DNA from: Thecamonas trahens ATCC 50062
Taxonomy: Eukaryota > Protista > Apusomonadida
Reading direction: 5' to 3'
DNA: 64,000 nucleotides
Assembly: GCF_000142905.1 (NCBI RefSeq)
Contig: NW_013657679.1
Location: forward strand, 634,114-698,113
Numbering within the stretch: the first letter of the stretch is position 1; every line of letters begins with the position of its first letter. The notes beneath the pieces are model-generated. The model had not been told where the DNA came from, made no database searches, and saw only the letters and a list, made by a program, of their open reading frames with translations. The position numbers were made by a program, and so were the translations under genes. Positions 49,314 to 61,290 of the stretch are shown here, piece after piece.

Positions 49314-51254
49314 ATGTGTATTCTGTTTGCACTGATCGAGGCCACAGGCTCGTTTGAGTCTGTGGTCGTCCATCTCCGTGACGAAGACCCGGACAGACCC
49401 ACTTTGCCGCCGCAGTTGGGCCAGCCGGCGTATGCTGCGATGCCGGAGCGGAACGAAGCTGGCAGGTCGAGCAATGAGCCAGAACCGAGCGAAAGCACCG
49501 TTTTTCCTCCCAACATCGTGGCTGGACTTGATGTGCAAGCGGGCGGGACGTGGATGGGCTTCAATCGGGCGACAGGCACGCTGGTAGCGCTGACCAACGT
49601 CCGCAACAAACACTTTCCGCCGCCGCCGGCAGACGTCCGCGCCTCGCGCGGCGACATTGTTCGCCGGTTGCTTGATGTGCCTCTGCTCGAGTATGTGCGC
49701 TCCGCTGGCATCGATCCGGCGGCCCATCCAGACTGGGCGACGGCAGATCCGCGGGTCGAGCTCGATCTCGGCGCCGCGTACTCGGGCTTCAACATCTTGC
49801 TCCTCGACGCGTACAACCCGGACTCTGGTGCATTCACACTCTCCAACTGCTCGCGATCACGGTTGCAGCCGTTTGATGGTCAGCGCGCGCTGCTCTGCAA
49901 GGTCGGAGGCAAGCATGTGGCGTTCTCCAACGGCGTTCTCGGCGACTCGTGGCTCAAGGTCGAGTGGCTGGCGAGCCACCTCGCGCCCGCCATTCGCGCT
50001 CTGCCGCGCGAGGCCTCGATCGACGATCTGCTAGCCGCTGTCGAGCCACTGCTTCTCACCGAGACTAAGTTCACGCCCGCCGAGCTCGACGCCGCCGAGG
50101 GTGATGTCGCCGACTCGCCGTGGGCGTCAAGTCAAGAGTACTTTCTGCGCGGCAACGTCTTTGCCGCGCCCGGCCGGATTCTGGACCAGAATACGGTGAC
50201 GCGTGCGCTCAGCATCGTGGTGACTACCCAACACACCGTCTCGTACGCATACACGAGTACCCATCCGCTGCCCGACCCGCGGCCGGAGCGACTCGAGTGG
50301 ACGGTCGCACAGTATCCCCGCCACAGGCATGTATCCGGCCGGCCGCAGCTCGCGATCGGGCCCTCGCTTGCCGACGCAACCGTAGCAGCATTTGGAGCGT
50401 GCTTTGTCACTTTGCTCGGTGCGCAGCTCCCGAGTGCCGACGCCGAGCAAGTGGCATCGCTCATCGAGGGTGTGGCGACCTGCACCGTTCCGGTGGAGCT
50501 CGTCCACGACGTCGACACCGGTAGGACTACAATTGTGCGCGAGGGTGGGGCCGGCGAGGCGGAGGCGCTTGGTCCGCTCCCGCTCGGCCACTACAGCCAG
50601 CCGCTCTTCTCGCATGGCCACACTGCAGATGCGTGTCTGCTCGACACGGTTGGGTTTGTCTTGGATGTCGCACCGGTCGCGCTGTGCGCCGCGGTGCTAG
50701 TCTTTGACGCGGCGGGCGCAGTCCTCGCAACTCGCCGCCACACCGGCCCAATCTTCCCGCTCAAGTGGGTGTTCCCCGGTGGACGCGTCGATGCGGGTGA
50801 GTCTCTGCCTTGCGCTGCTGTCCGCGAGCTTTACGAAGAGACCGGGCTGCAGATTGCGCCAGAGATGCTGACCCCGATCGGAGTCTGGGAGTCCCACCTG
50901 GCCACCATCGAGCGCGCATATGCTATCGTGTACTTTGCGGCAACGCTGCCCGACTCACCGCCGATAGAGTCGCTCACCTTTCCAGCAGCCGAGGTCTCGC
51001 TCGCCGCCTGGATTCCGGCGACGTGGCATGAGACCATCATCGCCGACGACGACACACTCGCGCCAGGGGCCTCGCAAGCAGCGCGCGCGCTCGAAACGGT
51101 GGGCCTGGTGATTGGCGCCGATGGAAGCCGAGCAGCCCAGGTCTCGTGCGAGCAGCTCCGGGTGCTCCGGCACGGCGATAGCGGCATACTCGAGGAGCTT
51201 GCGGTCGGGCACAAGTTTGCGCTCGCGCTGGTCATGGCGCAGCGAGCGAGGTGA
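49314..51254 (+). CDS. Fusion protein: N-terminal TANGO2/NRDE domain + C-terminal NUDT17-like Nudix hydrolase
   Basis: MCILF, LRDEDPDRPT, GLDVQAGGTWMG, ALTNVR, SRGDIV, YSGFNIL, FSNG..WLKV (TANGO2); LATRR..KWVFPGGRVDAGESLPCAAVRELYEETGL (complete Nudix box) and IGVWES, all in one uninterrupted ORF. Confidence 0.88.
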   Translation: MCILFALIEATGSFESVVVHLRDEDPDRPTLPPQLGQPAYAAMPERNEAGRSSNEPEPSESTVFPPNIVAGLDVQAGGTWMGFNRATGTLVALTNVRNKHFPPPPADVRASRGDIVRRLLDVPLLEYVRSAGIDPAAHPDWATADPRVELDLGAAYSGFNILLLDAYNPDSGAFTLSNCSRSRLQPFDGQRALLCKVGGKHVAFSNGVLGDSWLKVEWLASHLAPAIRALPREASIDDLLAAVEPLLLTETKFTPAELDAAEGDVADSPWASSQEYFLRGNVFAAPGRILDQNTVTRALSIVVTTQHTVSYAYTSTHPLPDPRPERLEWTVAQYPRHRHVSGRPQLAIGPSLADATVAAFGACFVTLLGAQLPSADAEQVASLIEGVATCTVPVELVHDVDTGRTTIVREGGAGEAEALGPLPLGHYSQPLFSHGHTADACLLDTVGFVLDVAPVALCAAVLVFDAAGAVLATRRHTGPIFPLKWVFPGGRVDAGESLPCAAVRELYEETGLQIAPEMLTPIGVWESHLATIERAYAIVYFAATLPDSPPIESLTFPAAEVSLAAWIPATWHETIIADDDTLAPGASQAARALETVGLVIGADGSRAAQVSCEQLRVLRHGDSGILEELAVGHKFALALVMAQRAR

Positions 51255-51313
51255 GGTTCTGTGGGCGGATTAACACGCTGTGGTTCATTACGGAGCGGAG
51301 CGCGAGAGCACGA

Positions 51314-52391
51314 CTACTTGGCAAAGAGCGAGGAGAGCTGCTGCTCGATGGCGTTGATGGCGGCGCGCTGGTCAGGCGAGAGGGCAGCAAACTGCTGCGG
51401 AGTCATGGAGAGGACCTCTGTGAGGATGGCAGTGTTCTCCTCACCGAGGGTGGCGAGAATGAGCTGCGGGTTGATGTTGGAGAGCATGTGCAGGAGGCCG
51501 GCAGTGCTGAACGCGCCCGGCTGGCCCTGCGGCGGCGGGCCCGGCGGCGGGGCGCCACCTGGCGGGGGATGCATACCCTGGGTGTGCGGCGGCGGCGGGG
51601 CGCCAGCCATGGGTACAGCCATCTGGCCAGGCGCGCCCGGCTGGCCGGCCTGCGGCTGCGGCGGGCGCGGTGCAGCCTCCTTAGCCACAAAGGCGTCGAC
51701 GTCCAGGTTAGGAATCAAATCCTCCAGGGTGAGCATCTGCACAAAGGCCCACGACAGCGTGGGGTTCTCTCGCAGAACGGCCTGAGCGTCGTCTGGATGG
51801 ATGTCAACAAACGAGCGCATCTTGGCCACAAACTCACGCCGCTGCGCCGAGGTCATCGACTCGACAACAGCAAGAACCTGCTCCAGCGACGCCTTCTCCA
51901 TCATCATCTCGGGCCCACGCCGCGGACCCCCCAGGACTGCTCCTTGATTGGACCCAGTCATCGGTCCAGGCCCACCGCCCGTGCCCCCGCCGCTCGGCGC
52001 AGACTTGCGAGTGTCTTTCTCAGCGTAGTCCAGCCGCAGGGCCCTGCCGCCGACCTCCACTCCCTTCAAGTTCCTCAGGGCCGACTCGACTGTAGCACGA
52101 TCATAAAACTCGCAGAAGCCATACCCCTTTGCCTTACCCGTCTCCCTACGCCATAGAACTTCCCATGTGAGTCATTCATCCCCGTACCCCAAGTCTCCAA
52201 CGCGCCCGCGCTCTGCACCAAAAACTGGCATCTCGCCTCACTCCCCGCCAGCCAGCCACAACGTACTTGTCCATCTGAATACGAACCGACTTGACCGGGC
52301 CTGCGTTGGACATGACCCTCCGAATGTCCTCTTCAGTAGTGTCAAAGGGGATGTTGCCCACAAAGACCGTAAACTCGGCACGGCGTGACAT
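51314..52391 (-). CDS. CSTF2: Cleavage stimulation factor 64 kDa subunit/Rna15; exons 52391-52267 and 52145-51314
   Basis: VFVGNIPFDTTEE..GPVKSVRIQMDK|ETGKAKGYGFCEF..SALRNL..GRALRLDYA; hinge AQAVLRENPTLSWAFVQ; C-terminal VLSMTPQQFAALSPDQR; intron GTACGT..TAG. Confidence 0.95.
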
Positions 52392-53161
52392 GGTCGGCCT
52401 TGACGAGTCGGGTGGTGTCGACCGAGTGCAGGGCAGACAGAGCTTCGGGAGTGCGACCGGGCTGGGGCTGGGCGGACCAGCGGGCGAAGCTTGCTCGGCC
52501 GTCTTGATCGTGGCAGCAGGATCAACGATCCCATGTGGCCGTAATGTCTCGTGCTGCCGAGCCGACTCTGTGCTGTACCGCATCTTGCGCATCGCCAGGG
52601 GAGGGCGAAGAAAGGACGCTCCGCATGGCCGGCTAATGCACGCGATCACATGCAGCTCTACCTCCCCCTCCTCCGACCACACTCACGTTGTTCCACCCTC
52701 CGCACTCGCATCACATACTCTCAGAGTATCGTCATCATCGGCAAGTGTTGGTCCATCTGGATCCCCATCGCCCGATTCAAAACGAGTGCCGAGAGGCATC
52801 AACGGCAGGGCGCGACGAGTTTGGCAAAGACGGCCAGCGAGCGCACGACACTGCACGCCAAGCACAGGCGACCACACACTTTGGGTATGTACATGGTGAT
52901 ATACACATTTACCACTGCTATGGTGCCCCGTCCCATGCTGTCGAGGTTGCAGGGTTGTGCGCGGTGGCGGCGGAGGTGGAGGGGGTGTCGGTGGCGGGGC
53001 CGTGTGGCGCCGACGTCAAATTTTGGTTGGCCAACAGAGAGCGAGGCCGAGAAGCAGTCCAAGTGCAACAGCGACTGACACATGGGAGAGCGTGGTGGTC
53101 TGGGAGGGTGTAGGTACCGTGTGTGACGGTTGTAGCTCTGTGTCGCGTGTATTCTCAAAGT

Positions 53162-56100
53162 ATGGACGAGGATATTGACCTTTCGTTCGATGCCGGCCTC
53201 GATGATGTCGACAACCTCATCGCAGACGTCGAGCTCTCCGACTCGGACCAGGTGCTAGATGACGTGGATCTCGACGATCTGGATGATCTCGGACTTGACG
53301 ATGTCGATCTTGGTGGCGGCAGCGACGATCTCGGTCTGGGTGGCAGCGACGACCTTGGGCTGGGCGACAGCGACGACCTTGGGCTGGGCGACAGTGACGA
53401 CCTTGGGCTGGGTGGTAGTGACGACCTGGGGCTGGGCGACAGCGATGATTTCGACCTTGGCGATGGGAGCGACGACTTTGATCTGGGCTCGGATGAGCCA
53501 GACGTTGGCGACGATGACGAGTTTGCCGATCTCGATCTCGGTTCTGGCGACCTCGAGGTCGATGACGACGATGCCGAGATGGAGGCACTTCTTCGCGAGG
53601 CTGAGGCTGCTGTGGACCTTGACGATGCGGAGGAAGAAAGGAATTTGGAGCCAGAGCCTGTTGCCGATCCCGTGGCCGAAGTTGAGCCCGTGGCCGAGGT
53701 CGAGCCCGAGCCTGTGGCCGAGTCCGAGCCCGTGGCCGAGCCCGAGCCTGTGGCCGAGCCCGTGGCCGAAGTTGAGCCCGAGCCTGTGGCCGAGCCCGAG
53801 CCTGTGGCCGATCCCGAGCCTGTGGCCGATCCCGAGCCCGTGGCCGAGCCCGAGCCTGTGGCCGAGCCCGAGCCTGTGGCCGAGCCCGAGCCCGTGGCCG
53901 AGCCCGAGCCTGTGGCCGAAGTTGAGCCCATGGCCGAGCCCGAGCCCGTGGCCGAAGTTGAGCCCGTGGCCGAGCCCGAGCCTGTGGCCGAACCCGAGCC
54001 CGAGCCTGTGGCCGAACCCGAGCCTGAACCCGCAGTGTCTGCCAATGACTACGGTGTTGCGGACGTGGATGAGGCATTTGACGCTGATGCTAATCAAGAG
54101 TCTGATATGGTGGCTGATCCTGATCTCGATTCCATCGACCTCAACGAGCCCGCTGTTGGCAACAACGCCACATCCATCGACCTCGACGGCAACAATGCCG
54201 ATCCCACCAACTTTGACATCCTTAACGATACCGAGCTCGATAGTGGCGCATCTGCAAAGTGCAACAACGAGACCCACCCCCCCATCACCGAAGACGATGG
54301 CGAGCTCGTGATTAACTTGCCGCGCAACTCGTCGTCCGCCGACTCACTCGAGCTGGAGGCGGCAACGAGCCCGACTCTCGCGCCGTCAGCGTCCGAAACC
54401 GCGATCAACGAGGCTGCGGCTGCGGCGCTGGCCTCGTCGCCACCGCCCGACGCCATGCCCGACCTTGTCGAACTCAACGCCGAGCTGGACAACATTCTCT
54501 CACCGGAGCGTCACGTCGACACGCCGTCGCGCGCTCGCCCCATCCGGCCCAAGCCAAAAACCACTTTTGTCGAGCTCCAGCCGCACCGCACCCTCTCCAA
54601 GGAGCAGTGGGAGGAGAAGGTTCGCCGTGACCGTGAGTTTGAAGAGACCAAGCGTATCAATCGCGAGGCACGCATCCAGGCCGAGCGTGATGCTATCGGC
54701 AAGGCGCCCGCCATGAAGCGCACAGCCTCGGCGCGCAAGTACGAGGAGAAGCTCGCGCGCGAGTCGTTTTTGGAGCGGACGCAAAAGGCCGAGGCCCGTC
54801 GCCGCCGCCGACAGCAGGAACTCATCGCTGCCGCCGCCATCGAAGGCAAGCCGGTGCTCTCCTCCGGCACTCGTGCCATCCTGCAGCAGTCAGCCGACGA
54901 GCGCACGTTCCAGGACCGTGTCCGCGACGCCGTCATTGCCCGTAAGGCCTCGCGCAACGCCCCGCCACCAGAGGTTGAGCCGCCCACCCCGGCTCTCTCC
55001 TCCGGCTCCAAGCGCATTCTCAAGCAGTCGACCTACGCGCGCCCGTTTATGGAGCGTCTCGAGGATGATCTCGAGCGCCGCAAGGCCCGCCAGGCAACGA
55101 CCGAGGCCGCGCTTCCGAAGCCGCGTCCTCTTGTCCCGTCGGGCCGCCCATCCAAAGTCCCACGCAAGGGCCGCGCACCCATCTCGGAGCTGCCGTTTAC
55201 TCAGCGGATGAAGCTTGCGCAGCAGCGCAAGGCCGAGCGCCTCCGTCGCATCAAGGAGGACGCCGACGCCGCGTGCACATTCAAGCCGAAAATCTCGTCC
55301 AAATCGAAGCGTCTCTCCAAGCTCAACACTCAAGACGTCCCGGTCTTTGAGCGCATGCAGATTGCGGCTGAAGAGCGAAAGCTCAAGCTGCTCGAAAACG
55401 AAGCCAAGGCCGACGCGATCAAGCGCGCCGCCGAGCTCCTCGAGCTTCAGCAGTGCACCTTCAAGCCGAACATCACCGCCCACGCCGCGGCCATGGACTC
55501 GTCGTTTGAGCTCGGCGTCGACGCATACATCGCCAAACGCAACGAGGAGCGCGAGTGGGCCCGCCAGTTTGCGGAGCGCCAGTTCACCTTTCAGCCGCAG
55601 CTCGAGCGTGCTCGCCACGAGTACGACGCCACCCGCAACGTCGAGGCCGCCCACGACCACGCACATCACCACGCGTCGCCCAAAGGACTCTCCCCTCTTG
55701 CCCGCGGAAAGGGTGGGTCGTCGGCATCTGCCTCACCGGCGTCGAGCTGGAACATTGCCGGGGGCGCCTCGCCGTCAAAGCGCAGGCCCAGGCCTGCGCC
55801 TGCGGCTGCACGCCCTTCGCCGCGCAACAAGCGCCAGGCGCCACGTCAGGCTCGCCGCAACCCCGGCCTTGCCTCCACCCGTCGCCCGCCCAAGTCGGCC
55901 CAGCCCGGCCCTCGTGCCGAGCGTGCTTCCTCGCCGGGCATCGACGAGTCGGCGCTCTCGCTGCCGCCGCTCGACGAGTCGATGGGCGGGCCCGAGACCC
56001 AGGCGCCGCCGGCGTCAAAGGCGGCAACGCGGTTCAGCTCGGCTGGGTCTAGTGATGACACTCCTCCGCCTCAGACTGCCAAGCCTGTTGCCGCCCCGCC

Positions 56101-59100
56101 TGCCGACGGCGCCATCCTCCGCAAGGCCTCCAAGCTCCGGACGAGGCCCTGGGTCTACCGCTATCCGTTGCAGTCGGGCGGGTGGGTTTTTGTCGACGCC
56201 GCAACGCTCAAGCACTCGCGCCGCAAGCCCGGTCCGTCCGCCGTGGTTGTCCGGCGCGACGATGCAACTCGTGACGATCCGTATTGGCACGAGGCGTGGG
56301 ATGCGGCCGCGGCTGCGCCGTTCTACGTCGATCCACTCTCTGGCGCCGAGCGCGAGAGCCGCCCAGACTCGTCGCGAATTGTCTCCATGCACCAGTACTA
56401 CACCCTCAACCACGACAAGAAGAAGGGCGCCAACTACTACTACAACCCGATCACCGGTCAGCTGTCGTGGAACACCCTTCCGCCGGGTGCGCGTCTCATC
56501 GACCCGGACACCCCAGTCTACTACGTGTACGAGGGCGAGCTCGGCTCCGAACACACCTACTTTGAGCCACTCAAGCAAGAGTCGAGCTGGAAGGCCCCGC
56601 CAGAGTCGGCGCTCTGCATTCCAGCTTCCCCCGACTGGCTCTTTGCCTACCCGTCGAAGAACAAGAAGAAGACGTTTTACTACAATCCAGTGACGATGAA
56701 GGCCACATCACGGACACCCGAGGACGACGCGGTGGTCATCGCTGTTCCGCGCAAGCCACACAAGATCCACCGCGCGCCACCGGGTGTCGACAAGCCGTCA
56801 CCGGACGCGTCGCCGGCTCCAGCTCCGCTTCCGTCGCCAGATGCATCGCCGGTTCCGCCGGCCAGTGCACCCGCCAGCCCGCCAATCAGCCCGCCGACGA
56901 CCGCCACCAAGCGGATCAAGCATCGGATGCGGGTCAAGACCAAGGTCTCGCCGTCGCCGGCCAAGCTCGCAAGCGCCAAGGCTGCCGCCGAGCTCGCCGC
57001 GCGCGAGCTGGCTGCCCGCGAGCCGAGCCCGCCGCCGCCGCCGCTTGACGCGCTGTACTACGCCTTTGACCTTGGCGACAAGACGCTGTACTTTAACCGC
57101 GAGCGCATGGCGTCGGCATACGCACTGCCGGACGACGCCACCGAGGTTGTGGAGGACATCACCTCAGAATGGTGGTTCGAGTACGAGTCGCATCCGCCGT
57201 CGACCGAGCTCTCGTTTGAGCACGGCGAGCCGGCCGACCTTGCGCCGCCGCTCAAGTTTTACTACAACCCGGTGACTGGCGAGCGCCGTGAGGAGCACCC
57301 GCCGCCGGGCACGACCGTGGTCCTCGCTGACCACTCGCGGGTGGAGACGACTGTGTACGACATCGAGTACGAGGCCGCGGCCGCCCGACGTGCAGCTGAA
57401 CAGTCGGCTATCGAGGCCGACCTCGCCGCGCACTGTCAGGACAACAACATGGCGCTCTCGCCGCTGCAGTCGGCCATTGATGCCGGCTACGCAGGATATG
57501 CCGCCGCCGCTGACGCGCTCACGCGTGAGCTCGATGCGTCGTCGGCTGCGCGAGTCGCGTCGGTCGACGCCATCGTGCGCCGGTCGTCGCCAGCCGCCGC
57601 TGCAGCTGCTGGCGATGACGGACTCTCGGCGCTTGAGCGCGAGATCAACGCGTCGGCGCGGGCGCGACTTTCGGCACTCCGCGAGCCCGCGCGCCACATA
57701 GGGGCTCTTGCGGGCCCGCGGGCGTTTGCACTCGACTCTCGCGAGGCGCTTGGAGCCGCAGTCACCTCGACCCGTTGGTTCTACCGCTTGCCCGATGCTG
57801 CGGCTCCGGGCTCGTTTGTCTTTGTCAACCCGTACACGCTCAACTCCGACACGTCTGCGGCTGTCTTCCGGGGCACCGAGCCGCCTGCCGCTCTCCGCGC
57901 CGCAGTTATCGATGTGACGCCGGCGCTTGCGGCGCGAGTCTTCTTTGAGTTGTGGGACGCATCGACCAAGGCGCCGATGTACATTGCTGGTGCGCGGCCG
58001 GACACGCTGCTGCCGGCGTCAGCCGTTGCTGCCTGTAATGCGCCGGTGGTCATCAACTGGCACACCTACGTCTACTCGGGCTACGACGACCTCTCGACGG
58101 CGGCGCTCTCATCGCTGTCGTTCTTTGAGCCGCTGACTGGCCGGCAGTTTGTGGGCCAGTCGGCGCAGCCTGCGTTTACCTGCTCTGTCGCCGACCATCC
58201 GAACGTGTGGTATGTGGTCCGGGATGGGCAACACCCGCAGTACTACAACCCGGTGCTTGGCCATTGCACTTGGCTGGCGCCGAGTGAGCCTGTCGACGAT
58301 GCAACGCCGATTTTGGTCGAGCTCGGATCGCGCGAGGTGTGGTTCGAGTATGACATGTCGCTCGAGGCCGAGATCGGGCACGTCTTTGTGGCGCCGCTCG
58401 GGACCGGGCCGACCCGCTTTGCCTACGACAAACCGGCGGGCAGAGTCGAGTCCGACTCGCCGCCGGCCTCGCTCGACGCGCTCATGGCGACGCCGCTGGT
58501 CATTCCAGCACCGTCGGACAACTCGCCGGCATACTGGAGCGCCAAGCGGTCGGCGAGCTCGGCATTTTACAAGGCATCTGCTGCGAGTGGACGGCATTCG
58601 CCGTCGCGCCGCGCCGGGCCGAGCCCGACCGCGGCGTTTGTGTCGAGCGCAAGCTCGTGGTACGAGTATGCTGCGCCGGCCGGTGACGGGCGCACCATGT
58701 ACTTTCAGCCGTGCTCAGGTGTGTGGTCGTGGGACGGTCCGCCGGTCGGTGGGCATGTCGTGCAAGAGTCGGACGCGTCGTGGTGGTTCGAGTACTCGGC
58801 GCGCGCCAGTGGGGCGACGGCAGTGTACTTTAATCCTGCGATGGTGGCCTGGGAGTCGGCGGTGCCGGCGTCGGCGACTGCGGTGGTTGATGCAGCGGGA
58901 AGTGTCGCGCACGCGCCCGGACGGGCACCTGCCACAGCCCGCGCGCCAGCAGCAGACAGCAAGCTTGAGGCCGAGTACGCGTCGTTTGCAGCCGAGCGCG
59001 AAGCGGCCCAGGCGGCACTCGAGGCCGAAATTGGCGCTGGCGTGGGTCGGCAGGGCACGGACGCGCTGGCGGCAGACCTCGATGCGATGACCGCGCACGA

Positions 59101-60751
59101 CTCGGCGGCCAAGTCTGCGATCGAGTTGGAGCTCGACGCGATGCTGGCGGAGCAGCTGGGGAGCGGGGAGGTTGAGTTTGGCGGCGACGATGCGGCGACT
59201 CGCGAGCTCGAGCAGCAGCTCGACTCGGTGCTCTCGCAGCGAATGTCGGAGTTGAACGACCTCGACGCGTCAGCCGAGTCGCCGCACTCGGCGCCGCACC
59301 GGCGGATTGTGTTTTCGCCGGCGTCGCGGAGCCCGGTGCGGCGGGCGGCGCCGCCGCCGAGCACTGACAACGAGAATCTCGCGCGCAAGTTGGAGAACGA
59401 GCTCGCGGGTGATGGTGTGCCCGAGCCAGAGCCCGAGTATGAGTATGGATACGAGTACGAGTACGAGGAGGTGGAGGTGGAGGTGACACCGCCGACGCCG
59501 GCGCCGGCAGCGGCAGCTCCACAGCCGGACCCTGCGCTCGAGGTCACGGCCGCCGACCGGTACTCACCGGTACTGGCGGACCTCGACGAGTCGTCGGACG
59601 TCGACGACTCGCTGCTGGACCTGGAGTCGATGGTGACGCCGGGCGAGGCAGTCGAAGAGCCGCTGAAGAAGGACGCGCCTCGCGGCAAGGACGCGTTTGT
59701 GCTCTCGGACTCGGACGACGACGGCATGGGCAAGGGCAAGGCTGGTGGTGAGAGTCAAGGCGACGACGATCTGCTCGATCTTGGCGACGACCATGACGAC
59801 GAGGTGCTCGACCTCGAGGAAGAGTACCTCGATGTGGTGCCTGATGCTGCTGACGTGTTCGACGTGGATCATCAGCGTGATCTCGACGCGCCGCTGGATG
59901 CGGACGAAGAGCTCGACGCGCTTATTGACGACGACATCGACGCACTGCTTGCCGGCTCGGGCGATGACGACCTGGGCAGCGTTCCTCAGACACCGCGGGA
60001 CAAGGGCAAAGACGAGGCCGACGACGAGGACGCCCTGCTCGACGAGGTGCTCGCGGCGGAGGTCGAGACGTCTGCAGTCTCAGACACGGTGCTCCTAGAC
60101 GACGGCGACGGGCGGCTGTTGGACGAGCACGACCTCGATGCGCTACTCGACGACATCGAGCTTGACGACGCGGACGATGCGGTGCCGGGCGCTGGAGCGG
60201 ACGCGGGCGACGACGACCTGGCCGAGTTTATGGCGGCGGGCGTGCACGGGAACGCGTCGTTTGACGTGACGTCGTTCATGGCGGCAGCTGACGGCGGACG
60301 CAACAACTCGGGTGGTGCGCTCAAGGTGGAAGACCTCTCCGCGCAGGCACGGACGCCGCCGCGGTCACCGGGCTCGGCGCGCACGATCGAGAAGCTGCGG
60401 GCTGAGCGGACGCCGTCGCGGCGTGTTTCGTCGCCGGTCGCGGTGCTCTCGCCGTTCAAGCTCGATCCTCTGCCGGACTTTGAGTCGTCGCTCCTCGCGT
60501 CGTCGATGGGCGCGTCGGGGCATGCGTTCAAGGTCGGCGACGTCGTGTCTGTCCGTGGCGAGGAGGGCACGGTCCGGTACATCGGCGCCACCCACCGCCC
60601 GGGCATCTGGGTCGGCATCGAGCTCCACCAACCGGTAGGCTTTTCCAACGGCACCCTCCGCGGAGTCCACTACTTTGCCTGCCCTGATCGGTGCGGCAAG
60701 TTCTGCAAGCCGTCATCGCTAACCCTTGTCCGCTCTGCTGATAACGGATGA
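53162..60751 (+). CDS. Giant (2529 aa) multi-repeat protein: acidic repeats, PEPVAE repeats, TFKP-type repeats, about 14 degenerate WW-like repeats, C-terminal CAP-Gly
   Basis: Uninterrupted 7.6-kb ORF; CAP-Gly [37 protein letters not shown]; recurring [WY]..[EY]...YY.NP.TG...W..PP units. Confidence 0.88.
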   Translation: MDEDIDLSFDAGLDDVDNLIADVELSDSDQVLDDVDLDDLDDLGLDDVDLGGGSDDLGLGGSDDLGLGDSDDLGLGDSDDLGLGGSDDLGLGDSDDFDLGDGSDDFDLGSDEPDVGDDDEFADLDLGSGDLEVDDDDAEMEALLREAEAAVDLDDAEEERNLEPEPVADPVAEVEPVAEVEPEPVAESEPVAEPEPVAEPVAEVEPEPVAEPEPVADPEPVADPEPVAEPEPVAEPEPVAEPEPVAEPEPVAEVEPMAEPEPVAEVEPVAEPEPVAEPEPEPVAEPEPEPAVSANDYGVADVDEAFDADANQESDMVADPDLDSIDLNEPAVGNNATSIDLDGNNADPTNFDILNDTELDSGASAKCNNETHPPITEDDGELVINLPRNSSSADSLELEAATSPTLAPSASETAINEAAAAALASSPPPDAMPDLVELNAELDNILSPERHVDTPSRARPIRPKPKTTFVELQPHRTLSKEQWEEKVRRDREFEETKRINREARIQAERDAIGKAPAMKRTASARKYEEKLARESFLERTQKAEARRRRRQQELIAAAAIEGKPVLSSGTRAILQQSADERTFQDRVRDAVIARKASRNAPPPEVEPPTPALSSGSKRILKQSTYARPFMERLEDDLERRKARQATTEAALPKPRPLVPSGRPSKVPRKGRAPISELPFTQRMKLAQQRKAERLRRIKEDADAACTFKPKISSKSKRLSKLNTQDVPVFERMQIAAEERKLKLLENEAKADAIKRAAELLELQQCTFKPNITAHAAAMDSSFELGVDAYIAKRNEEREWARQFAERQFTFQPQLERARHEYDATRNVEAAHDHAHHHASPKGLSPLARGKGGSSASASPASSWNIAGGASPSKRRPRPAPAAARPSPRNKRQAPRQARRNPGLASTRRPPKSAQPGPRAERASSPGIDESALSLPPLDESMGGPETQAPPASKAATRFSSAGSSDDTPPPQTAKPVAAPPADGAILRKASKLRTRPWVYRYPLQSGGWVFVDAATLKHSRRKPGPSAVVVRRDDATRDDPYWHEAWDAAAAAPFYVDPLSGAERESRPDSSRIVSMHQYYTLNHDKKKGANYYYNPITGQLSWNTLPPGARLIDPDTPVYYVYEGELGSEHTYFEPLKQESSWKAPPESALCIPASPDWLFAYPSKNKKKTFYYNPVTMKATSRTPEDDAVVIAVPRKPHKIHRAPPGVDKPSPDASPAPAPLPSPDASPVPPASAPASPPISPPTTATKRIKHRMRVKTKVSPSPAKLASAKAAAELAARELAAREPSPPPPPLDALYYAFDLGDKTLYFNRERMASAYALPDDATEVVEDITSEWWFEYESHPPSTELSFEHGEPADLAPPLKFYYNPVTGERREEHPPPGTTVVLADHSRVETTVYDIEYEAAAARRAAEQSAIEADLAAHCQDNNMALSPLQSAIDAGYAGYAAAADALTRELDASSAARVASVDAIVRRSSPAAAAAAGDDGLSALEREINASARARLSALREPARHIGALAGPRAFALDSREALGAAVTSTRWFYRLPDAAAPGSFVFVNPYTLNSDTSAAVFRGTEPPAALRAAVIDVTPALAARVFFELWDASTKAPMYIAGARPDTLLPASAVAACNAPVVINWHTYVYSGYDDLSTAALSSLSFFEPLTGRQFVGQSAQPAFTCSVADHPNVWYVVRDGQHPQYYNPVLGHCTWLAPSEPVDDATPILVELGSREVWFEYDMSLEAEIGHVFVAPLGTGPTRFAYDKPAGRVESDSPPASLDALMATPLVIPAPSDNSPAYWSAKRSASSAFYKASAASGRHSPSRRAGPSPTAAFVSSASSWYEYAAPAGDGRTMYFQPCSGVWSWDGPPVGGHVVQESDASWWFEYSARASGATAVYFNPAMVAWESAVPASATAVVDAAGSVAHAPGRAPATARAPAADSKLEAEYASFAAEREAAQAALEAEIGAGVGRQGTDALAADLDAMTAHDSAAKSAIELELDAMLAEQLGSGEVEFGGDDAATRELEQQLDSVLSQRMSELNDLDASAESPHSAPHRRIVFSPASRSPVRRAAPPPSTDNENLARKLENELAGDGVPEPEPEYEYGYEYEYEEVEVEVTPPTPAPAAAAPQPDPALEVTAADRYSPVLADLDESSDVDDSLLDLESMVTPGEAVEEPLKKDAPRGKDAFVLSDSDDDGMGKGKAGGESQGDDDLLDLGDDHDDEVLDLEEEYLDVVPDAADVFDVDHQRDLDAPLDADEELDALIDDDIDALLAGSGDDDLGSVPQTPRDKGKDEADDEDALLDEVLAAEVETSAVSDTVLLDDGDGRLLDEHDLDALLDDIELDDADDAVPGAGADAGDDDLAEFMAAGVHGNASFDVTSFMAAADGGRNNSGGALKVEDLSAQARTPPRSPGSARTIEKLRAERTPSRRVSSPVAVLSPFKLDPLPDFESSLLASSMGASGHAFKVGDVVSVRGEEGTVRYIGATHRPGIWVGIELHQPVGFSNGTLRGVHYFACPDRCGKFCKPSSLTLVRSADNG
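53320..53490 (+). repeat. Coding 24-bp repeat (SDDLGLG[GD]) x~7
   Basis: AGCGACGACCTTGGGCTGGGCGAC-type units. Confidence 0.9.
53650..54030 (+). repeat. Coding 18-bp minisatellite (PEPVAE) x~19
   Basis: CCCGAGCC[CT]GTGGCCGAG units with variants. Confidence 0.95.
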
Positions 60752-60848
60752 AATGAAGATGTGTATTCTGAGCCGTAGTTGTGTATGCTGACTGTGGCGT
60801 GTAGCTAGCCGCGGCGACCAGCCAGTTGTCGTACCACTCAACTCCATC

Positions 60849-61206
60849 ATGGCCTTTAACGCAGCCGAAGCGTCAGCCGACTTGTCCCAGCGTACGCACA
60901 CGACAGAGCGTACCACATAGTAGGGGGGGAGAGAGGAGGGGGTGTGACTTACGTGAGGCATGCGTACGTTTGGGTACAGGGTGGACGCGTGTGCAGGCAC
61001 AGCTCGAGTCCGAGACAACGCCAGAGGCCAAGGTGCCCGAGGTGTATCAGGCTACTGCAGGCGCCAAGAAGCTGATTGGTGGAGGGAATGGTGACGGATC
61101 GACTCGGTTTATGGATCTGCTTCAAAGAGCTGTGGCCGAGGCCGAGGCTGCTGGCATGATGACGGGAACGACGACCACGACGACGGCAACGGGCGCATCG
61201 GCCTGA
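60849..61206 (+). CDS. Small spliced protein of unknown function (89 aa); exons 60849-60891 and 60980-61206
   Basis: atcATGG start and a canonical phase-1 intron GTACGC..TACAG with a G-rich core; product MAFNAAEASADLSQRWTRVQAQLESETTPEAKVPEVYQAT...RFMDLLQRAVAEAE. Confidence 0.7.
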
Positions 61207-61290
61207 TGAGACTACGGGCTCGATGTGGACAGCGAATGGATGGATGTGGATAGATGCGGGGATGGTGGTTGTACGCAGTATCGTCTGGTC

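Noticed and set aside
52400-53160. Small ORFs or ncRNA in the CSTF2/giant-gene divergent interval
   Set aside because: No codon bias, splice signals giving a sensible product, or recognisable RNA structure that I can support.
53650-54030. CRISPR-like or mobile-element repeat array
   Set aside because: Contiguous 18-bp in-frame coding repeats (PEPVAE) with no unique spacers, in a eukaryotic gene.
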